Assembly: GCF_030144855.1 (NCBI RefSeq)
Contig: NC_082727.1
Coordinates: forward strand, 41,974,001-42,038,000
Origin: Hypanus sabinus
Taxonomy: Eukaryota
Direction: 5' to 3'
DNA length: 64,000 nucleotides
This document shows positions 10,701 through 23,896 of this stretch, one piece after another (the stretch's first letter is position 1; each line of letters begins with the position of its first letter). The translations under genes and the position numbers were made by a program. Under the pieces are notes generated by a model, which saw only the letters and a list, made by a program, of their open reading frames with translations, did no database searches and was not told where the DNA came from.

Positions 10701-11799
10701 TAAAATAAATAAAAAATGAAGTGACTTGGAAACATTAGGTTGTGCTGATGGAAATTTTTCAGTGTCTGCTCCCAGGCAGGTCAGAATGCTGAACAAAATG
10801 CTTGAAAAATATTCAGCAATTTGGGAAGGAAAGACAAGATTTCAAGCAGTGCATTTTGTCAGAATCCAAGTAACTTAAAGGAGGAACGTATGGATGATGA
10901 GTTTTCCTAATCGTTAAAACGAAATCTCAGTAATTAGCATATTAGACCCAGCAGTAAAATGAGAAGTAACTGTTTTTCCTTTTTTTCTGGTATACACATG
11001 ATTTTATTTTTCAGAAGATATCAAATACATGAAATACCGATCTACCCGTCTGGCTCCTTTTTATTGTCAAATGAGTTGGTTCGCTTGAATGATATTCTTA
11101 ATAGACATTAGCCATTACAATTCTGGACCTCTGTATTATTCATGCTAAGTACCCTAGATGTATGGAACTTGAAAAATAATTTTCCAAGTATTGTGTTACC
11201 AACAGAAATGAACTTAGAATAACAGGTGTATTGATTAATTGTTATTCCAAAGCAATTTTAGTTTCAAAACTGTTGGTTAGAATGTCTCTATAGGTCATCA
11301 TGGAAACAAAAATTACTTCTTGGATTGTCAAGTGTGGATAACAACTTTCCATTAGAATGCAAAGAATGCAAAGGGATCCTTTCAGTGGGAGATCGAAAAT
11401 CCATCATATCTGAGCAAGAGGTTGTTATGAGGTTGTTTTACCAATTAGATTTTTCTGAAATTGCTTGGCTTCAGTCATAACTGACAAATGATCACAACAG
11501 TTTCTACATTTGTGAAAGCAGATGAACTATCACAATGTGCAACCTTAATGAGGGATAAGCTTTAAAAATGAGCAATTTACATCCCTCTCTTATACAAAGT
11601 CTCAATAAAATTATTTAATCAAAAATAGAAAGTTTTGGAAAAGATTTAGCACAATAGGCAGAACCTGAAGAGATGGAAAAAATGTTTCAGGTTCATCACA
11701 TTTTATTAAAACTAGAAGCTGTGCTGCTGGTTATTTCTCCCAGTTTCTGTTTTCTTTTCATACTTCTGTCATCAGTAATAATTTACCTCTGATTTGAAG

Positions 11800-12066
11800 C
11801 TTACAGTAATAGTCATAAAACATTCCTTCTCCTTCATCCCTTTTAACTCTTCCTCCTTTCATCTCTCAGTTCTCACTTCTCCCCTTCCCCCATCCACCCA
11901 CCTTCCCCCTCTCCTGGCTCTACCTATCACCTACCAGCTTGTACCCCTTCCCATTCCCCACCTTCTTATTCTGGCTTCTTCCCCCTTCCTTTCCAGTCCT
12001 GATGAAGGGTCCCTGCCTGAAATGTTGAATGTTTATCCCTCTCCACAAATGCTGCCTGACCTGTCC
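11800..12066 (+). mobile_element. Penelope-derived repeat with a hammerhead-like motif at 11994-12031
   Basis: Pyrimidine-rich body, then cagtc-CTGATGA-agggtccctgcct-GAAA-t-GTT-gaatg, then terminal atgctgcctgacctg. Confidence 0.75.
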
Positions 12067-15038
12067 AGAATTTGGTATTTGTTATATAAAAATATTTTTA
12101 GTCAATTTGGAGTACAAGGATGTACAGCAGAAAGATGGTACATTGGTACACAAAAATGAAGAGCATCTTGAAAATGCTGGAAAGCCTGCATTCCAAATAC
12201 CTTAGCTACTGTCCAGCATGTTTGTGCTCACAAAACTCTGAGCAGTTTGGGTAGATTTTAAGTAGGCTTTCATAGATCACTGATTGTTAGAAATGCTTTA
12301 ATCAGCAGATTTTTGCAGGATACTAAAATGAATTTCACCCATCTACCTAAAGTGAATAATTACAGAGGGAAACTTTTGACACCATTAAATGTAACCCAGA
12401 CATTTTGTGACAAGATTGATTAATAGAATCCAAGATAAAATATCATATGTTAAAATTGTTGATCTCCTGACATTTAATGTACAAGGATATCAATCTTAAA
12501 CTAAGTCAGAGTTTTCTGTTCTTCCATTAAAAAAGTCAACATTTAGTCAAGAGATGTATGACAGCAAAAATTGAATTAAAGAAGGTAACTTGTTATCAGA
12601 GTATACAAAAGGCATGAGCCACATCACACAGCATAGCTTCATGGACATTGGCATCAAAAAAAAATCTCAAAGTAATTGGTATCTTTCGGTTTCTGTGAAA
12701 GAGACAATGGGGAATATGTTATTCTTTGCTGACACATATGTAAGCAGGGCTGTAAACTACATTTCCACTTTTGCTATAAAAATGTGCCTGCTGCAGGAGA
12801 AAAATTCCTGAATTGCATATTGTGAAAGCTCTTAACGAGGTCTTAAAATACCTCGTGGCAGTGTGATGTTATAGTAGGAAAGTCAGTGGAATTTAAGCTT
12901 GAAGCCACAAATCTCTCATATGCAGCAGTTGTGAACTTAATGTTGCTGCAAGGAAAGTGGTTAAAATCTGAAGCCAGGCTATTGGTCCATAAGAGAAGAA
13001 GGTCAGTCCAGTTTGAGAGATATCATACAGAGGTTTGACAGTTTATAATCCTAGGGTCTGAGCTGAAAGAAGATTTCTAGTTAATAAGGGAAGAAAAAAA
13101 TCCTTAAGAATGGATGCTTAAATATTGTTAATGGAATATTAAAATCTTGATATTTAATAGAAAATAGTGTTGTTCCATACTACAAAAGAAGAAGAAATGT
13201 TTAGCTTAACAAATGATGAAACTAGTAGGCTAGCAAGCTAAATGATTACTGAAGGAATTTGGAAAGTAAATGCAGGGCAATTATGCAAACTATTTAAATG
13301 TTGATAGATCTTTGCATTTGAATTAATGCTGAGAGCAAATTCACGTATTCAATTGGAAATTAGTTGGGTTTATGAAAATTAAATGACTTACTGACCAGAA
13401 ATGAAACCATTTGACCTTTAGTAAATCAAAATGAACTTCCACAGAATGGAATAAAAAATTGATATGAAAAGATTCTATTAAGATGCAAGTGCCTTTTCGA
13501 AGAACATAATATGCTGAAAGAATTGTTAATATGTTGAAGGGAAGCTGTTGATAAAATATTTACTGAAACTGTACTGTACTTTGGAACTGTTGGAGAACAG
13601 AATGTCTTAAACAAGGAAGTAACTTGATAATTTTACAGGCTTGGAAATGATAAAGGTGATACATAATATAAAGCAAGGACTAACTCGGAACCTGACCTTC
13701 AGTCTAGAGGTTTATTTTTCTGTTTTTTTTTCTCTCTCATATCACATGGTTGCAACTGCCTGTAGTTTGACCCCATGTGGAATTTTCTAAGCTGGCTCTA
13801 AATAAGTGTTTATAAATGTTAAAATATTTCCAATAGATGCTCCTTATTGGTAAGCCAACACTGGGGAAAGCAACTGAAATTGTGAAAAGCAATTATATCT
13901 AAAGCAATTTGGGGGTCTTCAATACGTACGTAAGGCTGGTGGTCAGTTGTAAAGTCATACAGACCCTTCAGCTCAACATATCTTTGTATGCCTATCAATT
14001 CTGTACCAGTTTGGTAGCACTTTCTCCATAGCCTGCTAACCTTGCCAATTCATTGCTCATCCAGATGCTGATAAATGTTTTAATAGTACCTACCTGCCTT
14101 TACTACCCAACAAATGCAGTGCATCCTTGATTGCAAGCACACTCTGGAAGTAAAAAAAATCGTTCTGATTCCCTCAAAATCCCCAACTCCTCATTTTAAA
14201 GTTATTCCTTCTGGTTTCAGACAGAACAGTTGTGGAGAAAAACATTCTTAATCTTATTTTTAGGCCACTAGGCCCTAACCTAATCAAAGGGATAATCCAT
14301 GCCAGCTAGGGCTGATTAAGTAGCACTCCAATGCAAAAACGTGCGAAACTGCATAATATTCTCTATCTTCCTTTTCAAATATTTCTTCAGTCACTGGTCA
14401 AGGATGCATAAAGAAACTCAGAACAAATGTATTGCCTTGGGGTGATGGGGGGGGGGGTGGAATACGAGACTACAAATGCTGGAATCTGGAACAATGAACA
14501 GTCTGCTGGAGGAACTCAACAGGTTGAGCAGTATCTGTGGGAGGAATGGAATTGCCCTTTCAGGCTGAAGTTCTTGTGTCTTTTCCCCACATTTATGCAC
14601 GTTGACCTTGTTTCCATTTTATTTTAAGGGAAGTAAGTTGGTTTCCTTCTAATCATCCAGTCAAGGTGAAATTGACTGTCACCCTGTCAGGAAACAGGGT
14701 CAGGAACTTGTCAGGAAACTTCTGCCCCATGTCCCTAGGAGTCCTGTCAAACAACACTGGTTGCAATCTATTGCCATCAACTAAGCACCAAGAATAAATG
14801 GGAAAATAAGATTAAACCTCAATTTTCAGCACTGAGTTGTCACATTTGTCAGGGAACAATTTGAAAGCATGCTACAATTAGAAGTCAATATCCTGAACCT
14901 TAATATTCTTCTCTCTGCCTGATAGGCGGAGTATTTTTTATATTTTCTGTAATTGTTTGATACAGATGTGTTTGCATGTAATGCTTCAGAGAAATAGCAG
15001 GATGTGCCGATTGATTCGCAGCAAAGTGATGGCATGTC

Positions 15039-15600
15039 TGTGAAACGCCGCTGGTTTCCTTGGCTGTGTAGGTGTGGGGAATACGCACTCTGGTCCTGCC
15101 AAACCCGTGAGATTGTGAGGGCTCTCCCAGCCCAAACCCCGGTTTGTGTGGATGCTGTGTAATTTGCTACCCTGTTACAACTCAGTGCCAAGAAACAACA
15201 GATAGCACACTGCATACGATTAAAAGAATTATATTTATGAATCTTAACTAAAGGGCTTGTAAAGAAAAGAAAGAAGTAAAGAAAAAGGGCCCATTATAAC
15301 TCTTATCAAAATTCATATTCACCGATCCTCAGTCGATCTTGGCACCTGACTCCATCGAATTATGGTCCTCCACTAGGTCAAATTGTAGGACTGGTTCTCT
15401 CCAGCATCTTCTCACTTCATCTCCGCCGATCAAAAAAAAACCCAAGACCACCCTTCCTAATTGGATGACACACATTCCTCAGCATCCCTTATCTTCAACA
15501 ATAACCCAAACAGGCTGAAGGCATAACAGACTACCCTTACAGAACTGCTAAATCGAAATACCTACAGCATAGCAGTGAAAATGTGAGCCAGGATGTTATA
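15039..15600. mobile_element. Probable solo LTR-like element
   Basis: Block richer in GC and CpG than its flanks, starting tgtgaaacg and ending gatgttata. No clean TSD found. Confidence 0.4.
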
Positions 15601-15989
15601 TCTGCAAGAAGAGAATAGTGAGATGACTTCTAAATATAAATGTGCTGTCCACAGAGAAGAGCTGTGTGCTGGTGAATGTTGAGAGTTTGGTCAATGAGTA
15701 TCATGATAGTCAAACAATGGATGAAATCTTGCTGTGGCAAGGAACCTTGTGCTGTAAACACAATTTTTTCCCTGTAACTTTCAACTCACATGTAATTTGT
15801 CTCATGACTTGGAAGTATGTACTGATGGTGCAACTGTGAATCCAGTGAGAGCTATGGGAACTCTGAGATAGAAAAATTTCTGCAACCTGCTTCTGTAACA
15901 GTTGTGAATTAAAGACTCAGGGACAGAGGGAAAATAATGATGAACTGTAGTGAAGTCAGGTGAATTAGAGAAGAATACTGGAAAAGAAC

Positions 15990-16265
15990 AAGAAAAAGGC
16001 CTCCATCCCTTTCCCCCCTCCCCCACATTACCTCCTTCTCCCCCTCACCTGGATGCACCTATTATCTACCAATTCCTGCTAGTGCTATACCCCCACCATT
16101 TTATTCAGGCTTCTACCTGTTTTTCTTTCAGTACTGCTTAAGAGTCTTGTCTCGCAATATTGACTGTTCATTTCTTTCCCTAGATGCTGCCTGACTTGCT
16201 GAGTTCCTCCAGTGTTTTGTGCATGTTGTTCCAGATTTCCAGCATCTGCAGAATCTCTTGTGTCT
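15990..16265 (+). mobile_element. Penelope-derived repeat with a strongly decayed hammerhead remnant (16129-16166)
   Basis: cagta-ctgctta-agagtcttgtctc-gcaa-tatt-gactg followed by terminal agatgctgcctgacttgctgagttcctccag. Confidence 0.7.
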
Positions 16266-17736
16266 TTATTAGGCTGATTTAAACATTATTTATGACCTGT
16301 GATAATGATCATGTATCTTATTTAGATCGATGGTAGCTCATGAACTGTTGTCAGTGTTGTCTTTCTGGCAACTTTGGGGATCTATGCTATCTGCTGATCC
16401 TATTGCCCTTCCTCACTATTGTCACCTTCCTCTTAAAAAAAAATTAAGGAAATTTTCTAATGGATTCATCCTTCTTTCTTGAGAGTCTGAGAAGGCTTTC
16501 TACAGGGATTTCACCCCAGTTAGTCTTAGCTGTAGAATTTCAACAAATATATTAGAGAAAGTAAATCTTGCATTATATAGTGCCTTCATAACCTCTTGAA
16601 GACCCAAGGGAGTATTGATGTAATGTTGGAAACTGGGAACTAATTTCCACTGCAATTTCCTACAAACAATAATATGAAAGTGGTCAGCTAATTGCCCAGA
16701 AATTGGATGAAATAGCGCTATTGAATTTCAATGCTTTAGGGTATAAATTATTAAAAAATGCAGACATATTGACCTATAGCAAACTGACCTAAGCTAGGCA
16801 ATTCGCTACACCAATCTTAATTAATTCAACGCTTGATCAACACATACAGAATGTAGGAGGAACTTTTGCATTTTAAGTGTGTTGCTCAAGATTTCCAGCA
16901 TCTACAGAATATCTTGTGTTTATAGTTCAAAGCTTGCACTTTATTGTCTGTATACAAACATCAGCATTAAAATATTTTGACCCAGGACCAACAATTTAAG
17001 TCACGAATGCTCTCATTTGCTTTGTACCAATACTCATTAGGGCCACCACTCCAACTTGTAATTCTGAAACAGGGGAACTCCCATTGATCCTTCTTTTCTC
17101 TGCTCCTGGCAAGGGGGACTTCTCGCAGTTGTTAGCCTCCAGAGTCGACACTGCTTTGTATCCAAAGTCTCTCATTCAGTTCAAACTATTTTTTAATATT
17201 TAGTTGGCTCTAGCCTATCTAGCTAATGTATCACCTTTTCATTAGCTCTGGTCCAAGGCTGCATCATTTAATCACACTTCTTGTACCTCTTTCTTTGTCC
17301 AACCTGCATCAGACCAGTTCAAACCAGTTTAGTCTGATCAGCAAGTTGCTAGGCTTCTGGTCACACAGATTGCCTTATTCATAAGCTTGCATATTCTGTT
17401 TTACCAAAGAATATCTCACAAACAACTTCTTATTCGGAAATTATCTTTATTATAGCAGACTATCAGTAAGGACTTCATTGTATCCATTTTTAATTGCTTT
17501 GATCTAGTTATCTGTTGTGTAGTAGAGCATATCTATCTTTCCGATGTAGCTAGCCACTTCAGCTTTATATTTTATTTATTATTATTATCACCTAGTACTC
17601 ACTGTTTATGAACTTGGGAATTTCATCCATTTTCTGCCTTTTTTAAACTTGACAATCTTTCTTCCCTTGCAAAGAGGAAAAAAATGTGCAGTGCTTCAAC
17701 AGGTTCATTTTCAAACTTACTTGTCATGACTGTTAA

Positions 17737-18282
17737 GGGTCGCGGGGTAGTGATGCAGCTCTATAAAACTCTGGTTAGGCCACACTTGGAGTACTGTGTC
17801 CAGTTCTGGTCACCTCACTATAGGAAGGATGTGGTAGCATTGGAAAGGGTACAGAGGAGATTTACCAGGATGCTGCCTGGTTTTGAGAGTATGCATTATG
17901 ATCAGAGATTAAGGGAGCTAAGGTTTTACTCTTTGGAGAGAAGGAGGATGAGAGGAGACATGATAGAGGTATACAAGATATTAAGAGGGATAGATAGAGT
18001 GGACAGCCAGCGCCTCTTCCCCAGGGTACCACTGCTCAATACAAGAGGACATGGCTTTAAGGTAAGGGGGGGAAAGTTCAAGGGGGATATTAGAGGAAGG
18101 TTTTTTACTTAGAGAGTGGTTGCTGTGTGGAATGCACTGCCTGAGTCAGTAGTGGAGGCAGACACACTAGTGAAGTTTAAGAGACTACTAGACAGGTATA
18201 TGGAGGAATTTAAGGTGGGGGTTTATATGGGAGGCAGAGTTTAAGGGCCTGTACCAAGCTGTACTATTCTATGTTCTATGTC
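17737..18282 (+). mobile_element. 5'-truncated CR1/L3 LINE
   Basis: LYKTLVRPHLEYCVQFWSPHYRKD...RGHGFK...RGRFFT is the CR1 ORF2 C-terminus. Short-repeat tail ctattctatgttctatg. Confidence 0.9.
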
Positions 18283-18283
18283 A

Positions 18284-18498
18284 TGTTTTGTAACTCCAGA
18301 AAATAATCAAAAGAATGTATGCGCTTCTTTTTTCTTTAGTGAGGTGCGCACATATGATATGGTGGCATGATGATGTATGCCACTCACTTACTTTTACATA
18401 TAACCCATAATGCATTATGTAAACAAACAAAGAATGCTTAACAGTACAATATATTTACAATTTTACTCAAATATTACTGAAATATTATGTACACAACA
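18284..18498 (-). mobile_element. Solo LTR of the same family as the Gypsy LTR at 23897
   Basis: tgttttgtaac...tacacaaca is the reverse complement of the 23897-24133 LTR. Confidence 0.75.
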
Positions 18499-19469
18499 GA
18501 TACCCCCTTGGGATGTATTCACTGAATAGAATTACTTGACGGTAATTCTCAAAAGATAACCCATTTCCAGCAGGGAGATAATAAATGAGGAAACAATACC
18601 CCCACACATCACCTTTACTGATGTTCAGCTGGTCACTGGATGATTCCTACTTTGCACTTCACCTTGCTTTGCTTCTGAGACCAATACCAAGCACCCACAC
18701 GCAATTCTGCTGCAAGGTTGCAAAGAATAGACCAGCTGTTCCTGAAGTACAAGAGTGCTCTTCAGGAGCCTTTCCAGCCTAATTAAGCCATGAAACAGAA
18801 TAACTTTCTTAATTTAAAAATGGTTTTCTGCCTTAAAGTACCTAAGCTAATGAAATGTATAATATAGGTAGCTTCATCAGCAACATTCCGATGATTTCTC
18901 AGGAACCCAGAAGAATCATTCAATAGAATTAAGTGTCCTCATTATTACAGAAAAGCTGAGTGATTAAAAGCACCATTACTGATCTGGGAGTATTTTCCTC
19001 ACCATTACCTATCTTTGTAAGGCTCAAACCTAGAAAGATCTGAGCCAATGATTCTTTCTGCTACATCACCATATGCTCTGGATAGCCTACTATGTTGATG
19101 TCCTAAGTTGAGATGAATCTACTATCTGTGGGATCAGCAAGGTAAAGGAATGGAACTTCATGCTAATCCTTGATCTTGTCAAATTAATATTGCCACATTA
19201 AGCATTAACAAACAATCATTAATTTGTACAGAGAAACAGTGGCCAGAAACATTACAAGAATAAAGAATAATGATAATATTTCCAAATCTTTCAATCTTCA
19301 CTGATGTCATGCCTTCACCCTTCCAAATGCAAGACATTGAGTAGAATTGGGCTATGTTGGAACTATCACATGTTAAAAGTCTTGAAGTGGAACAAATAAA
19401 GATTCTGGCCCATTCCACTGAAACATTTTAGCTGTAGTAAAGATCCACCTACAGTGTTTTTGCCTGCAT

Positions 19470-20725
19470 TTCAGCCTAGAGAAGCTGCCGGTCCTAGCTC
19501 ACCTCCCACCCTTGGTCAGATCAGCCCTTGATCCCCTGCAGTTTGTTTACCAAGAGCACTTTGGAGTCGACGATGCTGTCTTCTACCTGCTGAACAGAGC
19601 CTACTCCAATTTGGATAAGCAGCACTGTGAGGATCATGTTTTTTTTGATTTCTCAAGTGTCTCATTGCTGGCGAAAAGGCTCTGTTCAATGCAGCTTGGC
19701 ACTTCCATTGTTTCCTGGATAATGGATTACCTGACTGGCAGACCACAGTTTGTGCTGCTTCAGAGCTGTGTATCAGACATGGCTATAAGCAGCACTGGGG
19801 CCCCACGAGGGACTGTATTGGCTGCCTTCCTGTTTACCCTGTATACCTCGGACTTTAGATACCACACTGTGTCATGTTATCTGGAAAAATTCTCTGGTGA
19901 CTCAGCAATAGTTGAGTGTATAACGAGAGGATGGGAGGATGAATACAGGGCCCCGGTAGAGGACTTTGTCAAATGGTGCAAGCTGAATCATCTCCTGCTG
20001 AACACCAGTAAGCCAAAGGAGATGGTGATGGACTTTAGGAAGGCTGAGCCTGCACTACTCCCTGCTTCTATCGATGGTGAGAATGTGGATGTGGCAAGGA
20101 CCTACAAGTTACTGGGGGTGCACCTGGATGAAAGGCTTGAGTGGAGCACCAACACAGAAGTTGTGTACAAAAAGGGCCAGAGTAACCTTTACTTCCTGAG
20201 GAGACTGAGGTGCTTTGGAATAGGCAGGCCTCTCCTTCACATGTTCTACCAGTCTGTTGTCATCAGTTCAATCACCAGTACAATCTTCTATGTGGTGGTG
20301 TGCTGGGGCATTGGCATCAACACGGTGATGCCAACAGGCTCAATAAACTGATTAGAAAGCCTGGCTCAGTTATAGGATTCAAACTGGACACACTAGAGGC
20401 TGGCAGAACAAAGGACCCCATGAAGAGTCCTGGCAATTCAGGACAATGTTTCTCACTTTCTGCATGCCACAGAGGAGCACTTTTAGTTATAGACAAAGAC
20501 AACTGTTTTGCTCCAAAGAGCACTATATGAGGTCACTTTTACCCTCAGCCATTAGCCTCTATAATGAGACAACCTATAGCCGGAGAAGTGATGACCCCCT
20601 CCTGTTAGACTGCTTGAGGTAATTTATTTTTCATTATTTCTACTTCTCTTCTAATATTTACCCTTTGCACTTATAATGCAACTGTGACACTGTAATTTCT
20701 TTCGGAATCAATAAAGTATCTATCT
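19470..20725 (+). mobile_element. 5'-truncated Rex1/Babar LINE with RT
   Basis: ORF 19512-20351 has LDPLQF, FFDFSS, GAPRGTVL, KFSGD (degenerate FADD) and RLYFLRR-like motifs. Tail aataaagtatctatc. Confidence 0.88.
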
Positions 20726-21104
20726 TTTTATCTATTTTTAAAGTGAACTTCAATGTCAATTCTCAAGATATGTGCTTTGGTATAATGACAGTGTGTACAT
20801 TATCCTGCCTTTCTGGTTGCTTCAACTCTTTGGGTGACTTCTTGGTGGCCTTCATGCCTCGATCTCTATGCCATTGTTGCCTGATCAGACTTCTAAAAAA
20901 AAGACTGGTTTGAAGTTTCTAGTCCCACGGAAGGCTCTGCTTCCCCCTGGTGGTGTGAAGAATTCTACCTCTGAAAGAATAAAGGCCACTGGCACAAAAG
21001 GGGTCAGCGAGTTATCAATTGTAGTCAAGCTAGTGAAAGGCAGCTCCCTTTCATTCGAACTACAGCTCAGGAATTGAATGGGCTGGCTGGTAGGCAGAGG
21101 GACA

Positions 21105-22790
21105 GAGAGTTTGAGATAGATTGTCTGGTTGAGTGGTGCCACAACAACAACTCTCAGCAAAACCAAGGAATTGACTGTGGACTTTGGTAGTGAGAACACA
21201 CACTAATCTCCTTACAGTGTCAGCTGTGGAAAGGCTCAGCTGCTTTAATTCCTGAGTGTCTACACCTCTGAGGATCTGTCATGGGCCAAATACATTGATG
21301 CAAACATGAAAAAGGTGTATCAGTTGCTCCACTTCATTAGGAGTTTGAAGAAGTTTGGAATGTCACCAAAGGCTCCAGCAAATTTCTGTAGATTTACAGG
21401 AGGGTACATTCTTACGGGTTATAGACAATAGACAATAGACAATAGGTGCAGAAGTAGACCATTCGGCCCCTCCAGTCTGCACCGCCATTCTGAGATCATG
21501 GCTGATCATTCACTATCAATACCCTGTCCCTGCCTTGTCCCCATATCCCTTGATTCCCCTATCCATCAGATATCTATCCAGCTCCTTCTTGAAAGCATCC
21601 AGAGAATTGGCCTCCACCGTCTTCCGAGGCAGTGCATTCCACACCTCCACAACTCTCTGGGAGAAGAAGCTCTTCCTCAACTCTGTTTTAAATAACTGAC
21701 CTCTTATTCTCAATCCATGCCCTCTGGTACTGGACTCTCCCAACATCTGGAACATATTTCCTGTCTCAATCCCATCAAATCCTTTAATTATCTTAAACGT
21801 TTCAATCAGATCCCCTCTCAATCTCCTCAATTCCAGCGTGTACAAGCCCAATCTCTCCAATCTCTCTGTGTAAGACAGCCCTGCCATCCCAGGAATCAAC
21901 CTAGTGAATCTACGCTGCACTTCCTCAATTGCCAGAATGTCCTTCCTTAAACCTGGAGACCAAAACTGTACACAATATTCCAGGTGTGGTCTCACCAGGG
22001 CCCTGTACAAATGCAAAAGAACATCCTTGCTCTTGTATTCAATTCCCCTTGTAACAAAGGCCAACATTCCATTTGCCCTCTTCACTGCCTGTTGCACTTG
22101 CTCATTGACTGGTGAACTAGGACTCCTAGGTCTCTTTGCATTTCTCCCTTACCTAACTCGACACCGTTCACACAATACTCTGCCCTCTTGTTCCAGCTTC
22201 CAAAGTGGATAACTTCACATTTATTCACATTGAATGACATCTGCCAAGTATCTGCCCACTCACTCAGCCTATCCAAGTCTCCCTGTATTCTCCTAATGTC
22301 CTCTTCGCATGTCACACTGAATCATAGCTTGATATGGAGGCTCCAAAGCACGGGACTGCAAAAGGCTTCAGAGATTTGTAGACTCAGCTCTCAGCCAGCT
22401 CCCATCATGTGCAAAACCTATCCCATCACTGAGGACTTCTTATGAGGCGGAGCCTCAGGAAAGTGGTAGGCATCATTGAGGGTCCTCACCATCCGTGGCA
22501 TGCCCTCTTCTTGTTACTACCATCGGGAAGGAGACATAGGAACCTGAAGATCCACACTCAATGATTCAGAAACAGCTTCTTCCCCTCCACCATCAGATTT
22601 AGGAATAGTATATGAACTCACGAATGCTGCCTCGTTATTCCTTTTAGTTTGTACTAATTATTTATGTGGTATTGTGTAGTAAGTTTTGTCTTTGCATTGC
22701 ACTACTGCCATAGAACAACAAAGTCCCTCTTATCCGAGACAGTGATACTAAACTCAATTTTCGTTTTGAAATCTGATTCTGAACCTGGAG
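21105..22790 (+). mobile_element. Rex/Babar-type LINE 3' fragment split by a CR1 insertion
   Basis: WCHNNN-L...KTKEL.VDF motif at ~21130. The sequence resumes after 22320 and ends in a gatactaaactc...tctgattctga tail. Confidence 0.75.
21421..22320 (-). mobile_element. 5'-truncated CR1 LINE nested antisense in the Rex element
   Basis: ORFs 22082-22315 and 21516-22097 (LYRALVRPHLEYCVQFWSP, RGHGLRI) and a (agacaat)n tail at 21423-21445. Confidence 0.92.
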
Positions 22791-23316
22791 GAATTGACTG
22801 TGGGTGTCACTAGGAGCTGAGATGCCAATGTCCTGAGGGAAGAGTGCACTTAAAAGCTTTGCAGTGTAAGGTGAATTCTAGCAGGGACAGCTCAGGCAGT
22901 ATACCACCCTCGACCCAGGTTTCTGAACTTCCATCAGAGCTTCTGAACCAACACAGAGGATCTACTCCAGCTTGGCCACTGTCTTCACCCTGATGAGAAC
23001 AGTATGCTTCTAGTTCTCAGAATCATCTCTTGGGTGATAGCTAGCTTAGCTCTGATTGAAGCAGCCTATGATCTTGCTGAGGTAGGATTTGGATGACCGA
23101 TGCCTTTGTCTCAACAAAAGTAGAGCCCTGCTCTGCCTGTGGAAATGTTAATGCTCCTGCCATTGAGTTTTGTACTGCTTCCAAACTGCATGAAGTTCTT
23201 CCGAAGTTCTGAGGAGCCCTTTTAATTTTTTGCATTTAGGAAATGCACCAAGCTGTTACAGAAGCACCCATAACAGTCTTCTCATGCATACTCTCCTGCT
23301 GTGGCTCTTATATAGA

Positions 23317-23605
23317 TGGTGGCACAGTAGTGTAGTGGTTAGTACAACGCTTTACAGTACAGATGACCTGGGTTCAATTCCCACCACTGCCTGTAAGGAG
23401 CTTTAATGTTCTCCCCATGATGTTCTCACGTTATGGTATTATGGATTATGGATTATGGTATTCTCCCACAATCCAAAACATACCTGTTGGTAGGATAATT
23501 GCTCATCGTAAATTGTCCAGTGATTAGGTTAGGGTTAAATCAGGGGACTGCTGGACAGTGCAGCTCAAAGGGCCAGTAGGGCCTATTTGCACTGTATCTC
23601 AATAA
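23317..23605 (+). mobile_element. tRNA-derived SINE
   Basis: A-box-like tagtgtagtgg (~23328) and B-box ggttcaattcc (23371-23381), with a (taag)n-like tail. Confidence 0.8.
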
Positions 23606-23896
23606 GTAAGTAAATTTCATGAAAGTGCAATGATAGAAACAGTAAAAGGGGCAATAGTAATGCTGAGGAAGTGAGCCCAACACAGACGCAAGTACACATA
23701 AACAGCACAAGTATTGATACAAAGGAAAGATGAATGAATAAAGGTTCTATAGATAATTGTATTCCTCCACTGTCCTAACATGGCTTCTGAAACTCTCGTA
23801 GCCTCAAGGAGAGGACACTCTCCTCCAGCGTTGCAAGCCTTTAGGATTTCCCTTCACTTTACTGGGACTAGTGCTGAATTACCATTGAATACGTAT

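Noticed and set aside
13009-13020. CAG TTT GAG AGA (QFER), the start of TdT exon 10
   Set aside because: No pyrimidine tract. It continues YHTEV* rather than DLRR.
22990-23025. CTGATGA followed by a GAAC/GTTC hairpin, hammerhead-like
   Set aside because: The required GAAA after stem II is missing and there is no stem I or III.
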